A stretch of DNA of 64,000 nt from Mobula hypostoma (Eukaryota). The stretch covers positions 16,430,001 to 16,494,000 of the forward strand of contig NC_086108.1 of the NCBI RefSeq assembly GCF_963921235.1, read 5' to 3'. Numbering within the stretch: position 1 is the first letter of the stretch; each line of letters begins with the position of its first letter. Of this stretch, positions 39,906 through 52,274 are shown piece by piece. The notes beneath the pieces were generated by a model. The model was given only the letters and a program-made list of their open reading frames with translations, had not been told where the DNA came from and did no database searches. The position numbers and the translations under genes are program-made.

Positions 39906-42900
39906 AAATGTCCTTGCAAGTAGGTTTGCTAGCATGGTTCGGGAGGGTTTAAACTAATTTGCCAAGGGGATGGGACCCAGAGCGATAGAGCAGTGAAAGA
40001 AGTGCATGGAGTAAAGCCATATCTAATATACAGAGAGGCTTTGAGGAAAGAGAAGCAGAATAAACTGTGTAAAGACAGTAAAGTAGAAGAGCTGAAATGT
40101 GTGTACCTCAATGCAAGAAGCATCAGGAACAAAGGTGATGAACTGAGAGCTTGGATACATACATGGAATTATGATGTAGTGGCCATTACAGAGACTTGGC
40201 TGGCACCAGGGCAGGAATGGATTCTCAATATTCCTGGATTTCAGTGCTTTAAAAGGGATAGAGAGGGCGGAAAAAGGGGAGGAGGGGTGGCATTACTGGT
40301 CAGGGATACTATTACAGCTACAGAAAGGGTGGGTAATGTAGCAGGATCCTCTTTTGAGTCAATATGGGTGGAAGTCAGGAACAGGAAGGGAGCAGTTACT
40401 CTACTGGGGGTATTCTATAGGCCCCCTGGTAGCAGCAGAGATACAGAGGAGCAGACTGGGAGGCAGATTTTGGAAAGGTGCAAAAATAACAGGGTTGTTA
40501 TCATGGGTGACTTTAACTTCCCCAATATTGATTGGCACCTGATTAGTTCCAAGGGTTTAGATGGGGCAGAGTTTGTTAAGTGTGTCCAGGATGGATTCCT
40601 GTCACAGTATGTGGACAGGCCGACCAGGGGGAATGCCATACTAGATCTAGTACTAGGTAATGAACCGGGTCAGGTCACAGATCTCCCAGTGGGTGAGCAT
40701 CTGGGGGACAGTGACCACCGCTCCCTGGCCTTTAGCATTATCATGGAAAAGGATAGAATCAGAGAGGACAGGAACATTTTTAATTGGGGAAAGGCAAATT
40801 ATGAGGCTATAAGGCTAGAACTTGCGGGTGTGAATTGGGATGATGTTTTTGCAGGGAAATGTACTATGGACATGTGGTCGATGTTTAGAGATCTCTTGCG
40901 GGATGTAAGGGATAAATTTGTCCTGGTGAGGAAGATAAAGAACGGTAGGGTGAAGGAACCACGGGTGACAAGTGAGGTGGAAAATCTAGTCAGGTGGAAG
41001 GCGGCAGCATACATGAGGTTTAGGAAGCAAGGATCAGATGGGTCTATTGAGGAATATAGGGAAGCAAGAAAGGAGCTTATGAAGAGGCTGAGAAGAGCAA
41101 GAAGGGGGCATGAGAAGGCCTTGGCGAGTAGGGTAAAGGAAAACCCCAAGGCATTCTTCAATTATGTGAAGAAGAAAAGGATGACAGGAGTGAAGGTAGG
41201 ACCGATTAGAGATAAAGGTGGGAAGATGTGCCTGGAGGCTGTGGAAGTGAACGAGGTCCTCAATGAATACTTCTCTTCGGTATTCACCAATGAGAGGGAA
41301 CTTGATGATGGTGAGGACAATATGAGTGAGGTTGATGTTTTGGAGCACGTTGATATTAAGGGAGAGGAGGTGTTGGAGTTGTTAAAATACATTAAGACAG
41401 ATAAGTCCCCGGGACCTGACGGAATATTCCCCAGGCTGCTCCACGAGGCGAGAGAAGAGATTGCTGAGCCTCTGGCTAGGATCTTTATGTCCTCGTTGTC
41501 CAAGGGAATGGTACCGGAGGATTGGAGGGAGGCGAATGTTGTCCCCTTGTCCAAAAAAGGTAGTAGGGATAGTCCGGGTAATTATAGACCCGTGAGCCTT
41601 ACGTCTGTGGTGGGAAAGCTGTTGGAAAAGATTCTTAGAGATAGGATCTATAGACATTTAGAGAATCATGGTCTGATCAGGGACAGTCAGCATGGCTTTG
41701 TGAAGGGCAGATCGTGTCTAACAAGCCTGATAGAGTTCTTTGAGGAGGTGACCAGGCATATAGATGAGGGTAGTGCAGTGCATGTGATCTATATGGATTT
41801 TAGTATGGCATTTGACAAGGTTCCACACGGTAGGCTTATTCAGAAAGTTAGAAGGCATGGGATCCAGGGAAGTTTGGCCAGATGGATTCAGAACTGGCTT
41901 GCCTGCAGAAGGCAGAGGGTGGTGGTGGAGGGAGTACATTCAGATTGGAGGATTGTGACTAGTGGTGTCCCACAAGGATCTGTTCTGGGACCTCTACTTT
42001 TCATGATTTTTATTAACGACCTGGATGTGGGGGTAGAAGGGTGGGTTGGCAAGTTTGCAGACGACACAAAGGTTGGTGATGTTGTAGATAGTGTAGAGGA
42101 TTGTCAAAGATTGCAGAGAGACATCGATAGGATGCAGAAGTGGGCTGAGAAGTGGCAGATGGAGTTCAACCCGGAGAAGTGTGAGGTGGTACACTTTGGA
42201 AGGACAAATTCCAAGGCAGAGTACAAAGTAAATGGCAGGATAACTGGTAGTGTGGAGGAGCAGAGGGATCTCGGGGTACATGTCCACAGATCCCTGAAAG
42301 TTGCCTCACAGGTGGATAGGGTAGTTAAGAAAGCTTATGGGGTGTTAGCTTTCATAAGTCAAGGGATAGAGTTTAAGAGTCGCGATGTAATGATGCAGCT
42401 CTATAAAACTCTGGTTAGGCCACACTTGGAGTACTGTGTCCAGTTCTGGTCACCTCACTATAGGAAGGATGTGGAAGCATTGGAAAGGGTACAGAGGAGA
42501 TTTACCAGGATACTGCCTGGTTTAGAAAGTATGCATTATGATCAAAGATTAAGGGAGCTAGGGCTTTACTCTTTGGAGAGGAGGATGATGAGAGGAGACA
42601 TGATAGAGGTGTACAAGATAATAAGAGGAATAGATAGAGTGGATGGCCAGCGCCTCTTCCCCAGGGCACCACTGCTCAATACAAGAGGACATGGCTTTAA
42701 GGTAAGGGGTGGGAAGTTCAAGGGGGATATTAGAGGAAGGTTTTTTACTCAGAGAGTGGTTGGTGCGTGGAATGCACTGCCTGAGTCAGTGGTGGAGGCA
42801 GATACACTGGTGAAGTTTAAGAGACTACTAGACAGGTATATGGAGGAATTTAAGGTGGGGGCTTATATGGGAGGCAGGGTTTGAGGGTAGGCACAACATT

Positions 42901-42949
42901 GTGGGCCGAAGGGCCTGTACTGTGTACTATTCTATGTTCTATGTTCTAT
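39906..42949 (+). mobile_element. Young 5'-truncated CR1 retrotransposon (end of ORF1, intact ORF2, 3' UTR)
   Basis: Starts with an ORF1 C-terminus (NVLASRFASMVREGLN*); ends in a (TTCTATG)n tail at ~42930-42949. Confidence 0.92.
39993..42884 (+). CDS. CR1 LINE ORF2 (APE endonuclease + reverse transcriptase), uninterrupted 963 codons
   Basis: EN motifs YLNARS, AITETW, MGDFN, LDLVL, SDH; RT motifs KSPGPDG, NYRPVSLTS, QHGF, GVPQGSVLGP, FADD; no stops or frameshifts. Confidence 0.93.
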   Translation: MKEVHGVKPYLIYREALRKEKQNKLCKDSKVEELKCVYLNARSIRNKGDELRAWIHTWNYDVVAITETWLAPGQEWILNIPGFQCFKRDREGGKRGGGVALLVRDTITATERVGNVAGSSFESIWVEVRNRKGAVTLLGVFYRPPGSSRDTEEQTGRQILERCKNNRVVIMGDFNFPNIDWHLISSKGLDGAEFVKCVQDGFLSQYVDRPTRGNAILDLVLGNEPGQVTDLPVGEHLGDSDHRSLAFSIIMEKDRIREDRNIFNWGKANYEAIRLELAGVNWDDVFAGKCTMDMWSMFRDLLRDVRDKFVLVRKIKNGRVKEPRVTSEVENLVRWKAAAYMRFRKQGSDGSIEEYREARKELMKRLRRARRGHEKALASRVKENPKAFFNYVKKKRMTGVKVGPIRDKGGKMCLEAVEVNEVLNEYFSSVFTNERELDDGEDNMSEVDVLEHVDIKGEEVLELLKYIKTDKSPGPDGIFPRLLHEAREEIAEPLARIFMSSLSKGMVPEDWREANVVPLSKKGSRDSPGNYRPVSLTSVVGKLLEKILRDRIYRHLENHGLIRDSQHGFVKGRSCLTSLIEFFEEVTRHIDEGSAVHVIYMDFSMAFDKVPHGRLIQKVRRHGIQGSLARWIQNWLACRRQRVVVEGVHSDWRIVTSGVPQGSVLGPLLFMIFINDLDVGVEGWVGKFADDTKVGDVVDSVEDCQRLQRDIDRMQKWAEKWQMEFNPEKCEVVHFGRTNSKAEYKVNGRITGSVEEQRDLGVHVHRSLKVASQVDRVVKKAYGVLAFISQGIEFKSRDVMMQLYKTLVRPHLEYCVQFWSPHYRKDVEALERVQRRFTRILPGLESMHYDQRLRELGLYSLERRMMRGDMIEVYKIIRGIDRVDGQRLFPRAPLLNTRGHGFKVRGGKFKGDIRGRFFTQRVVGAWNALPESVVEADTLVKFKRLLDRYMEEFKVGAYMGGRV

Positions 42950-43068
42950 CTCATTGTGCATGTGATTCACAAATAAAAAAAATCTGTTAAATTGATCAAA
43001 ATCCCTAGTTGTAATACTCATTTACGTGAGCAAAGAGCTGGGGGCTGAATACTTTTACAAGGCACTGT
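42950..43068. mobile_element. Orphan Tc1-like terminus
   Basis: Ends GGGGCTGAATACTTTTACAAGGCACTG-TA, a typical Tc1 TIR; no partner end found nearby. Confidence 0.55.
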
Positions 43069-45699
43069 ATATAGCAAGAGAAACAGCAAACACTTCAGTT
43101 GCAACAGAAAGCCCAGAAAAAAAATCAATAATTCCTCAAGGTGATAATCCCTAAAAACATAGCAGCGAATTAAGCAGTATGAAATAGGTGACCATCAAGC
43201 TTGGGAAAGGAGACAGGTAGGTAATCAGGGACTCGTTCCATTCCAAAATTGTTTGTTTTTTGGAAAATAATGTGAGCGAATGTTGAATCCAACCAGAGCC
43301 AAGATCACAACATCTGCGTGGCTCAGCTCCACAGGGGGAAGAGGAGGAGCACGAGTCCAAGATATATAGTGTCAAGAGATATGATAATGAAGGGGACAGG
43401 CATTTTTGCATCAGGGATGGTGCCCTGACTCACTGGTGCCAAAGTCCAGGATGTTGCAAACTGGTTGCAAGGTAATCTAAGGGGGAAGTACTAAAACAAT
43501 AGGTAAAAAGAGGGATTAAATCTTGCAATATAACTCTTAAACAACAGTGTAAAGAACAGGCCTCATATCAAGATCTTTGGATTACTTCCAATGCCACTTG
43601 CAAACAAGAGTATAGGAATTAGAGCAAAGAACAAGCTGCTGGACACAGCAGGTCAGGTAAAGGGAAATGGGCAGTCAACATTCTAGGTCAAGCCCTTGCA
43701 ACTGATCTGAAAGTGTACAGGGAGATAAGCAGCATAAAGAGATGAGAGGAAAGAGTGGGGCAAGAGCAAGCAAGGAATACATGATCCACGTGAGGAAGAT
43801 AGTTCAGAAGAATGTGTGGCCAAAGAGATGGCAGGAGGACAGGTTTCTGATTTCTTGATTACCGGAGTAGACACTGTGAAAGCTAGACAAATTGCACCTT
43901 AAATTCTCCACAATGCTTGCAGGAAAGTTTGCAAGTTCATTTCGCAGAGTTTAAAGTACATTCACAAAGGAATGGGTCAAAGAATAAATGTACAGTTTGG
44001 GAGCTGCAAAATCACCATTACCAGAAATTACACTGGAATATAACACATGGTTGACAGAAAGGTAGGACAGGTGACTTAGCATTCCAGGGTGCAGAATACC
44101 CAAGCATGATAGGGAGTGATATACAGCCAATTAACCTATCAACACACGTCTTTGGGACAAAAGGGGAAACTGGGGCACCAGAAGAAAATCAGGCAGGCAC
44201 AAGGAAAATGTGCTGCAAATTCCATACAGACAGCACAGGAAGCCAGATTACTGAACTGGGTCATTAGAGCTGTTGAAGCATCAGGTCCATTTTATTTCAG
44301 ACTTTCAGCAACTACAGCTTACTTTTGCTTTTCAGCAACATGAAGTTAAAGTCCACGTCTTATTCAACTGAATGATAGGAAGGGTTGAGTATGCCAGAGC
44401 CAACTCTTTTCACTGTGTCCCATCAAACTAGTTGGATCTTCCAAACCGTTGCCTTTTTTGGGGATTAAACTGCTTCAGCCAAAATTCACACACGCTCCAC
44501 CAAGAAACATTTAAAATAATTTACTGTCATAGTCTGTGCCAATCAAAAAAAGAAACTGAAGGTTAAATGCCAATAAAATACCAAGGAAAGAAAATCTTGT
44601 CTCTGCATAGCAAGCATTTGGATAGTGGCGTAAAACAATAACATGATTTAAATTCGTATGTCAGTCACAAAAATTCAACCAAGTAAACTTCCCCTTAGTG
44701 CTTCCAGGAACCTATGACAATGCACAGGAATTGAAACACTCTTGGCATATAACCAAGCTTCTCTTTAAAATGCGTAGTAGGCTAAAGCTGGATGCAAAGT
44801 ATTTGTGACTTTCAGAATTCACAGATGAGTACTCACAAGCTAATACATTGTAGTCAATGTGGAACATTCTCTTCCTGAACATCAAATCAGGTTCTTCCTT
44901 AATTCTTTCATAACCAGCAGCACTAAATTGTCATTTCCTGCTACAGATCCTCAAAATGAAAAGTATGCAAGATGGAACATGTAGTGTGGAGTAAAAAATA
45001 TAGGAAAAACAAGTGGAGAAATTCAGAGCACCACTACTAGTGAATGACAGTGACAAACTTCAGTTCAGAGCCTGCTAAAAATACAAAGCAGATGAAAGAG
45101 AGGAGCTCAATTTGACTTGAGTAATATTATAATTTTCAGGAAATATAGATCTGATTGCATAAGTAGTGACAAACCAAACATCCAGGAAGTGATGCCAAGA
45201 GTTGTTTTTCGAAAGTGAAAGAGGTAGTGAAGTCCAGAATACCAATGGATGAAGAACAACCAGGATTAAGGCCAAGAAACGATTGCAAATTGGAGTCACA
45301 TGAGAAATGAAACAATTACCTTCCAAGATTTGAACAAGATTACTTCATTGCCCAGAATGACAAAAATCTACATGCAATGATTATACCACTGCACTACACG
45401 AGGTAGTACGCAATGTAAAAGATTGATGGATAAGTGACAAATCAAGCAGCTGATTTTAAAAGCATGTCATTCACCTAGTGAAGAATCAGCATGAGAAGTA
45501 TGTCAATATCCCTAGGCACTGGCAACTGATGACAACCATGGGAACTATTAACTGCAGTAAAATACACACATACTCAGCACCAAATATACAAGACTCACTG
45601 CTACAACAATATGATAGTCATATCTTCTAAAATGCAAAAAAAAAGCATAATAGCAGTAAAGATGTTTAAGGTAGTAATAACAGTCTGGCAAAAAAAACA

Positions 45700-47245
45700 A
45701 GAAACAATTCTGAGGTGGAAGGCAGTTATTCTAGTCAGAAGCCCTTGACCAGTGATGTTCTACAAGGATCAGTGCTAGGACCCATGATACTTATAATATA
45801 GATCAATGATTTGGATGAAAATATAGGTGAGTTGATTAACAAGTTTGTCTGTTAATGACACCGAGATTGGTACTATCATGAAGAACAAAAAATGCAGCGG
45901 GACATAGATCAGTTACTGATAAGGGCTTAGACATAGAAGACGGGGTTTCATCCAGACAAGTGTAAGGTGTTGCACTTTAGGAGGTCAAACGAAAAGAGAA
46001 AGTATAGAGTTAATGGTTGCCCCCTGCATAGCATTGAGAACAGAGGAGTCTTGAGGTCAAGATCCTTAGTCACCGAAAGTAGCTATGCAGGTGGAAAATG
46101 CAGCAAAGGCAGCGCATGGAATGCTTGCTTTGCCTACCAGAAGTGTTAAGTACAAGAGTAAGGAAGTCATGCTGCAGCTACAGTACTGCGCAAAAATGAG
46201 AGAGAGATGCAAAGTACTGAGTAATTTTATGTATTGTGCTGTACTGCCTGTGCAAAGAAGATTATGACATATATGGGTGATGATAAACTTGATTTCTGAT
46301 ATGGGTATTTATTGTGGACTGAGAGTGGGAAATGGGCAGGGAGAGTGTAATCATAGTTGGGAAAAGGGGAAGGGAGAGTGGGGAGAGCAGGAAGCACCAA
46401 AGAGACATTCTGCAATGATCAATAAACCAATTGTTTACAATCAATTGATCTTGCCTGGTGTCTCAGGGCTTGGTGTGACGACACTTCTACCAACCCTCGC
46501 CACAGGCACTCATTCTCTGCCACCTGTCCCAAACCCCTCATGCAGTGCTCAAACTTTGCCATTCCCAAAATTCTTTGCTCCCACCAGATTTACAGGATAG
46601 CTCTCCACTCCACGTTGACAAATACAGTACAGTGCAAAGGTTTTAGGCACCCTAACTAGACATCTATATATATCCCTCAGACTTTTGCATAGTATTGAAT
46701 CCAAATCTAGTCAGACCACACTTTGAGTATTGTGTGCAGTTCTGGGTTACCCCATTAAAAGAAGGATATAGAAATTGAGGAAAAGCTGCAGAGGTTTATC
46801 AGGATGGTGCCTAAATTAGAGGGTAAGAGTTATCAGAGTTATCAGGGCAGACTGGAAAAACTTGGGTTATTTTCCTTGGAGTATCAGAAGCTGTGGGGAG
46901 ACCAAATAGAGGTTTTTAAAACTGAGAGGCATAGATAGAGTAGACAGTCAGAATCGATTCCCCAGTATAGAAATATCAATCATCAGAGCACTGGCTTTTA
47001 AGATTGGGGAAATTAAAGGTGGTGGGAAAGACAAGGTTTTTTAAAATATGCAGAGAATAATCGTTCCCTGGATGGGTTACTGGGGTAGTACTGGAATCAA
47101 GCAATTTGGTTGAGTTTAAGGGGCTTTTATAGACACGTGAATATGACAGGAATGGAGAGATATGGATGACAAATAAGAGAAGGACATTAATAAGACCAAC
47201 AACATTATGGACCAAGGGGCTTATCCAGTGCCATACTATTCTGTG
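45700..47245 (+). mobile_element. Decayed CR1 with nested insertions (46180-46700, including a ~75-bp Tc1 MITE at 46625-46697)
   Basis: CR1 RT fragments on both sides; MITE termini resemble those of the Tc1 element at 3872-4889. Confidence 0.75.
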
Positions 47246-48579
47246 TAGGGAGATAAGAATAAAACATCATTGTAAAGAAGAGGAGAAATGGGCCATATGG
47301 CTTATCTGCTTCACTATTCAACAAAATCATGACTAATCTTCGGCCTCAACACTGTATCTACTATTGATTCCTCCAAGATCCAAAAATCCAATCACTCAGA
47401 TTTAAATGTAATCATTGATTGAGTCCCCACAGGCTTTCAAATTAAAGAGATTTCAAATATTCCCCCATTCTGAATAAGAAATATCTCAGTCACATATTTA
47501 TGGACTGTAGCCCCTAGTTCAAATTTCCTCATCCAGAATAACATCCTCCCTATATCTACCTTTTCAAGCCCCAAGAGCCTTATATTTCAATAATGTAAAA
47601 ATCAGGGTTCAAGTCAAACCTTCAAGGTGAAGAATAATCAACCAAAACAATGTTTCTGCTTCCATCACACACTGGACATAACAAGGATTTACACCACCGT
47701 CATGATAATCCACGCACATGCATGTCTCTCCCATTCCACCATTGCTTGCGCTGGCAGGTGATCTTTATTAGCAACAATAACTTTGCCCAACTCAGATCCA
47801 CCAATACTCCTGGTTTAGCTATTCTATTTCTGAAATCATCACGCTGTTGCCATTATTAAAACAACATGGCACAGATCTGGTTAGTCCCCAGTCCTCTAAC
47901 CTGTACTTAAAACTGTTAAAATTACAATTTTGTCACACTGGTTCCATATCACCATGATTATTTGTCTCTTGATATATCAAATTTAAAATCTGTTCTTTAT
48001 TCCTCATTATTTCTGCAGTTTTTTTTCCAACCAAACATTGCTCATCCAGAGCACACTGCTGGCTCATCATGGCAGATGTCTTTCAGATACCCAAATAAGC
48101 AATAACATAAGGTTAGTATAAATTACAAATAGGCAGTGCAAAAAAAAAGGACAATCCTAACCTTAGGATCAAAGAAAAAGATGAACTTTCAGATGGATTC
48201 GATCAAAATAAAACAGAGTCCCCTAATAATAATCGCTCATGCAATATAATAACACCAAACTGCCTATATGGAAAGGAGGACAACGTTCACCCAGTTTTCC
48301 TATCATTGCAGTAACAAAATTGACTGTTTACACATTCAATTCCTGCTAATTCATCAAAATTAAAAATCAAGACACAGCGACAAAGCTCCAGCGCAAGAAA
48401 GCTTTGAGAAGCCTGGGTCCAAAAATCATTTCCAAGCAACTAAAGTGCCCACTCGGATTGGACGCTGATCTTATCACAGGCACAGAGACCCAGATATCAG
48501 CCAATTAGCGCAATGCTGCTGTAGATTAAATTAGAGCTTAAACTCTCATGTTTCTCCCACCTTACCCCAATAACTCTTA

Positions 48580-49400
48580 AAAACGGCTCCGCCGCCCGCT
48601 AAGCAAAAGAATGCGAAGGGAGCTCCAGAAACGCTTCCTTCTCCACTTGGTCTAAACGACCGGCAAGGCCTGTCAAGTGTTCGGCCGCCGATGTAAATAG
48701 AAACACAAGGGCTTTGGCACTGGACAGCTGCCCGCGCCCCTGCATTACGGTCTCCCCTAGAAAAGGAGCTGAGCCTGGCCACTCCCCTACCCAACAGCGG
48801 TTCCCACCTGCACCGCAGCTCAACTTCCTGGACCTTGGCCCGCCCGGCCGCAACTCTCCTGTTCAGTGTTCGGCCTCCCAAAGGCCACGTCGAAGCCCGG
48901 AGCTCAGTTTGCCGAAGGCGATCTACTCACCGGTCGGCTGTTGCTGCACATGCCGCACACCAGTGCCTCAGCCCGGAGCTAGGCACCCGTGCGCCTCCCT
49001 CCGACTGACCGTTAGCAACGCTTACCCTCGACGCTGAGTGACGCCGCCATTAGCCGTTCCTACACGCCAGCAGTCGTCAAACTCTCGCAAGAACAGCTCT
49101 TCTCCCTCCCGCTGCGGGGACCGGGCTTATTCCTGTGACGTCACTACCAAATTGGTGCAGGAGGAGTTGGAGTTCAAGAAAACGTCAAGCCCGAATTTCC
49201 CACCGCAAACACCGGCGTAATATTGACACCGAGTTGTCTGTTTGCTTATAGAAAACGTTAATACAAATACAAAGCAATGATAAAATAAGTAATCTGCTTC
49301 TTTGTACTTCTGTTGTTCGAGGAATAAAGGCTTGCCAGGATATCGGAAAGAATCCCTCGTCACGGGCTCGCCAACACTTACGCTAGACAGCAGACGGAGT
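48580..49400 (-). promoter_or_regulatory. CpG-island promoter of CEP350
   Basis: High GC/CpG in an AT-rich background. Palindromic CRE GTGACGTCAC 49135-49144; YY1-type AATGGCGGC (minus) 49043-49051; TCTCGCAAGA 49083-49092 (1 mismatch to TCTCGCGAGA); CCAAT (minus) 49151-49155; CGTTAGCAACG 49010-49020. Confidence 0.75.
48931..49090 (-). other. CEP350: Probable non-coding first exon of CEP350 (TSS approximate), with two candidate donors
   Basis: Lies in a CpG island upstream of the coding exons. Consensus donors CCG|GTGAGT (exon end 48931) and AGG|GTAAGC (exon end 49026). Confidence 0.65.
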
Positions 49401-50129
49401 ACAGTTTAATCTGTCGGAAGTTTATAGCATTTTATTTTATTTCAGATTTCGAGCACTATGTTTTGTATCGCACAATTCTTTTCTTTTGTTTCTTTATTAG
49501 TCTCTTAACTGCCCTCATACATGAACCAGACCACTGAAAAAAAAGTCACCTGGACACCCAAGGTCTATCAGACGTTCTCATTGTTTTCTCCTCTTCTCTT
49601 CAATTTAAATCACTGAGGCTCAGAACTCGAAATGTTGGCTCTGTTTCTCTACAAATATTGCCTGACCCAATTATCTTCTTATTACTGTACCATATTTTAA
49701 TGTTTCATTTTTCAGCACCAACATCTACCTGACGGTACCCAAGGATGTCCGAACAACAAAAAGATAATTCAACCTGCTTAAAATTACTACCTTGTCAGTC
49801 TACTCCCAATGATTGCAAATTGTAATGGCAAAATATTGTCAACAGAGGTATTTAAATATTATTTGGTGATACCTAAGCAGTTTCCCATTTTATCAGATTG
49901 ATAACAGTATCGAAGCTGACAAAAAGAAATGAAAGAAACAGATTCAATAACAACTTTCAAAGGAGAATGAGATAAAATCTTAAAGAAAGGGGTATGAATT
50001 TGGATTTCCAACAAGTTTGTGCCTGTCAAATGACTGTATTCTCTGTTGATTCAATATTTGATCAAATCAACGTCAAAATTATAACAAAACCATCCAGAAG
50101 TTAAACCAGGAACTATCTTACATGCATAG

Positions 50130-52222
50130 CGTCAAAGATCAAAGGTAAAGTATACTGTTGAAGTACAATAACCTTTGCATGAAACTTTGAGCCAAAGATT
50201 GTGTGAATGGTTGTCATGTAGAAAGCAAACAGTTGGAATAAGTGAGTCATTTTCAGACTCAAGGGATTGTAATGTAACTATTGGAATGCCCCAGAGATTG
50301 GTTCCTGGCCCTCAACTGTTTACCTGCATTAATTACCTGTAGGAAAGAACAAAATGCAAGATTTCAGTGATTGCTGCTGATACAAAAATAGGCAGAATGG
50401 CATATTGGGATGAGGACCTTGTGATTTGGCAACTGGCTGATTGAGTGAAGACCTGGTAATTAGAATTTAAAATGGGGGAGTGTGATGTTACGCACTTTGG
50501 TAAGAGGAATCAAAGGCAAATTATTAACTAAATGGAGAGATATTACAAATGAGTGAAGTTCAAATGTACTTTGGTGTTCCAGTTGTATGAATCACAAAAA
50601 AAAATGGTTTGCAGGCAGATCCAACGGATGTTGGATCTCCTGTTAGGGAATGAGATAGGGCAGGTGATGGAGGAATGTGTTGGGGAGCACTTCAGGTCCA
50701 GTGATCACAATACCATTAGTTTCAATATAACTATGGAGAAGGATAGGACTAGACCTGGGATTGAGATTTTTGATTGGAGAAAGGCTAACTTTGAGGAGAT
50801 GCAAAAGGATTTAGAAGGAGTGGATTGGGACAATTTGTTTTATGGGAAGGATGTAATAGAGAAATGGAGGTCATTTAAAGGTGAAATTTTGAGGGTACAG
50901 AATCTTTATGTTCCTGTTAGGTTGAAAAGAAAGGATAAAAGTTTGAGAGAGCCATGGTTTTCAAGGGACATTGGAAACTTGGTTCAGAAAAAGAGAGGGA
51001 TCTTCAATAAATATAGGCAGCTTGGAGTTAATGAGGTGCTCAAGGAATATAAAGAATGTAAAAAGATTCTTAAGAAAGAAATTAGAAAAGCTAAAAAAAG
51101 ATTCAAGGCTGCTTTGGCAATTAAGGTGAAAATAAATCCAAAGGGTTTCTACAATTATGTTAATAGCAAAGGGATAGTGAAGGATAAAATTGGTCCCTTA
51201 GAGAATCAGAGTGGATGGCTATGTGCGGAGCCAAAAAAGATGGGAGAGATTTTGAACAATTTCTTTTCTTCAGTATTCACTAAGGAGAAGGATATTGAAT
51301 TGTGTAAGGTAAAGGAAACAAGAAGGGTAGTTATGGAAAGTATGACGATAAAAGAAGAGGTAGTACTGGCACTTTTAAGGAATTTAAAAGTGGATAAGTC
51401 TCCAGGTCTGGACAAGATATTCCCTAGGACCTTGAGGGAGGTTAGTGTGGAAATAGCGGGGGCTCTGACAGAAATATTTCAAATGTCATTAGAAACGGGG
51501 ATGGTGCCGGAGGATTGGTGTATTGCTCATGTGGTTCCATTGTTTAAAAAGGGTTCTAAGAGTAAACCTAGCAATTATCGGTCTGTGAGTTTGATGTCAG
51601 TGGTGGGTAAATTGATGGAAAGTATTCTTCGAGGTGGTATATATAATTATCTGGATAGACAGGGTCTGATTAGGAACAGTCAACATAGACTTGTGCGTGG
51701 AAGGTCATGTTTGACGAATCTTATTGAATTTTTTGATGAGGTTACTAAGAAAGTTGATGAGGGTAAGGCAGTAGATGTTATCTATATGGACTTCAGTAAG
51801 GCCTTTGACAAGGTTCCACACTGAAGGTTAGTTAGGAAGGTTCAATCGTTAGGCATTAATATCGAAGTAGTAAAATGGATTCAGCAGTGGCTAGATGGGA
51901 AACACCAGAGAGTAGTGGTGGATAACTGTGTGTCAGATTGGAGGACGGTGTGTAGCGGTGTGCCTCAGGGATCTGTACTGGGTCCAATGTTGTTTGTCAT
52001 ATATATTAATGATCTGGATGATGGGGTGGTAGATTGGATTAGTAAGTATGCAGATGATACTAAGATAGGTGGAGTTGTGGATAATGAAGTAGGTTTTCAA
52101 AGTTTGCAGAGAGGTTTAGGCCAGTTAGAAGAGTGGGCTGAAAGATGGCAGATGGAGTTTAATGCTGAAAAATGTGAGGTGCTACATTTTGGTAGGACTA
52201 ATCAAAATAGGACATACATGGT
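50130..52222 (+). mobile_element. CR1 fragments (old 50130-50620; younger 50625-52222)
   Basis: Long ORF pieces LDLLLGNE..SDH..KINPKGF..DFSKAFDKVPH* and GVPQGSVLGP..YADD; 3'-truncated at ~52222. Confidence 0.9.
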
Positions 52223-52274
52223 AACTGTCCCAGCACAACATCTGTTAAATGGTTTTTCTTGCTCTCCTTGTTCT

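Noticed and set aside
48546..49363. Overlapping 60-111 aa ORFs in the CpG island
   Set aside because: Expected by chance in GC-rich sequence; no recognisable domain.
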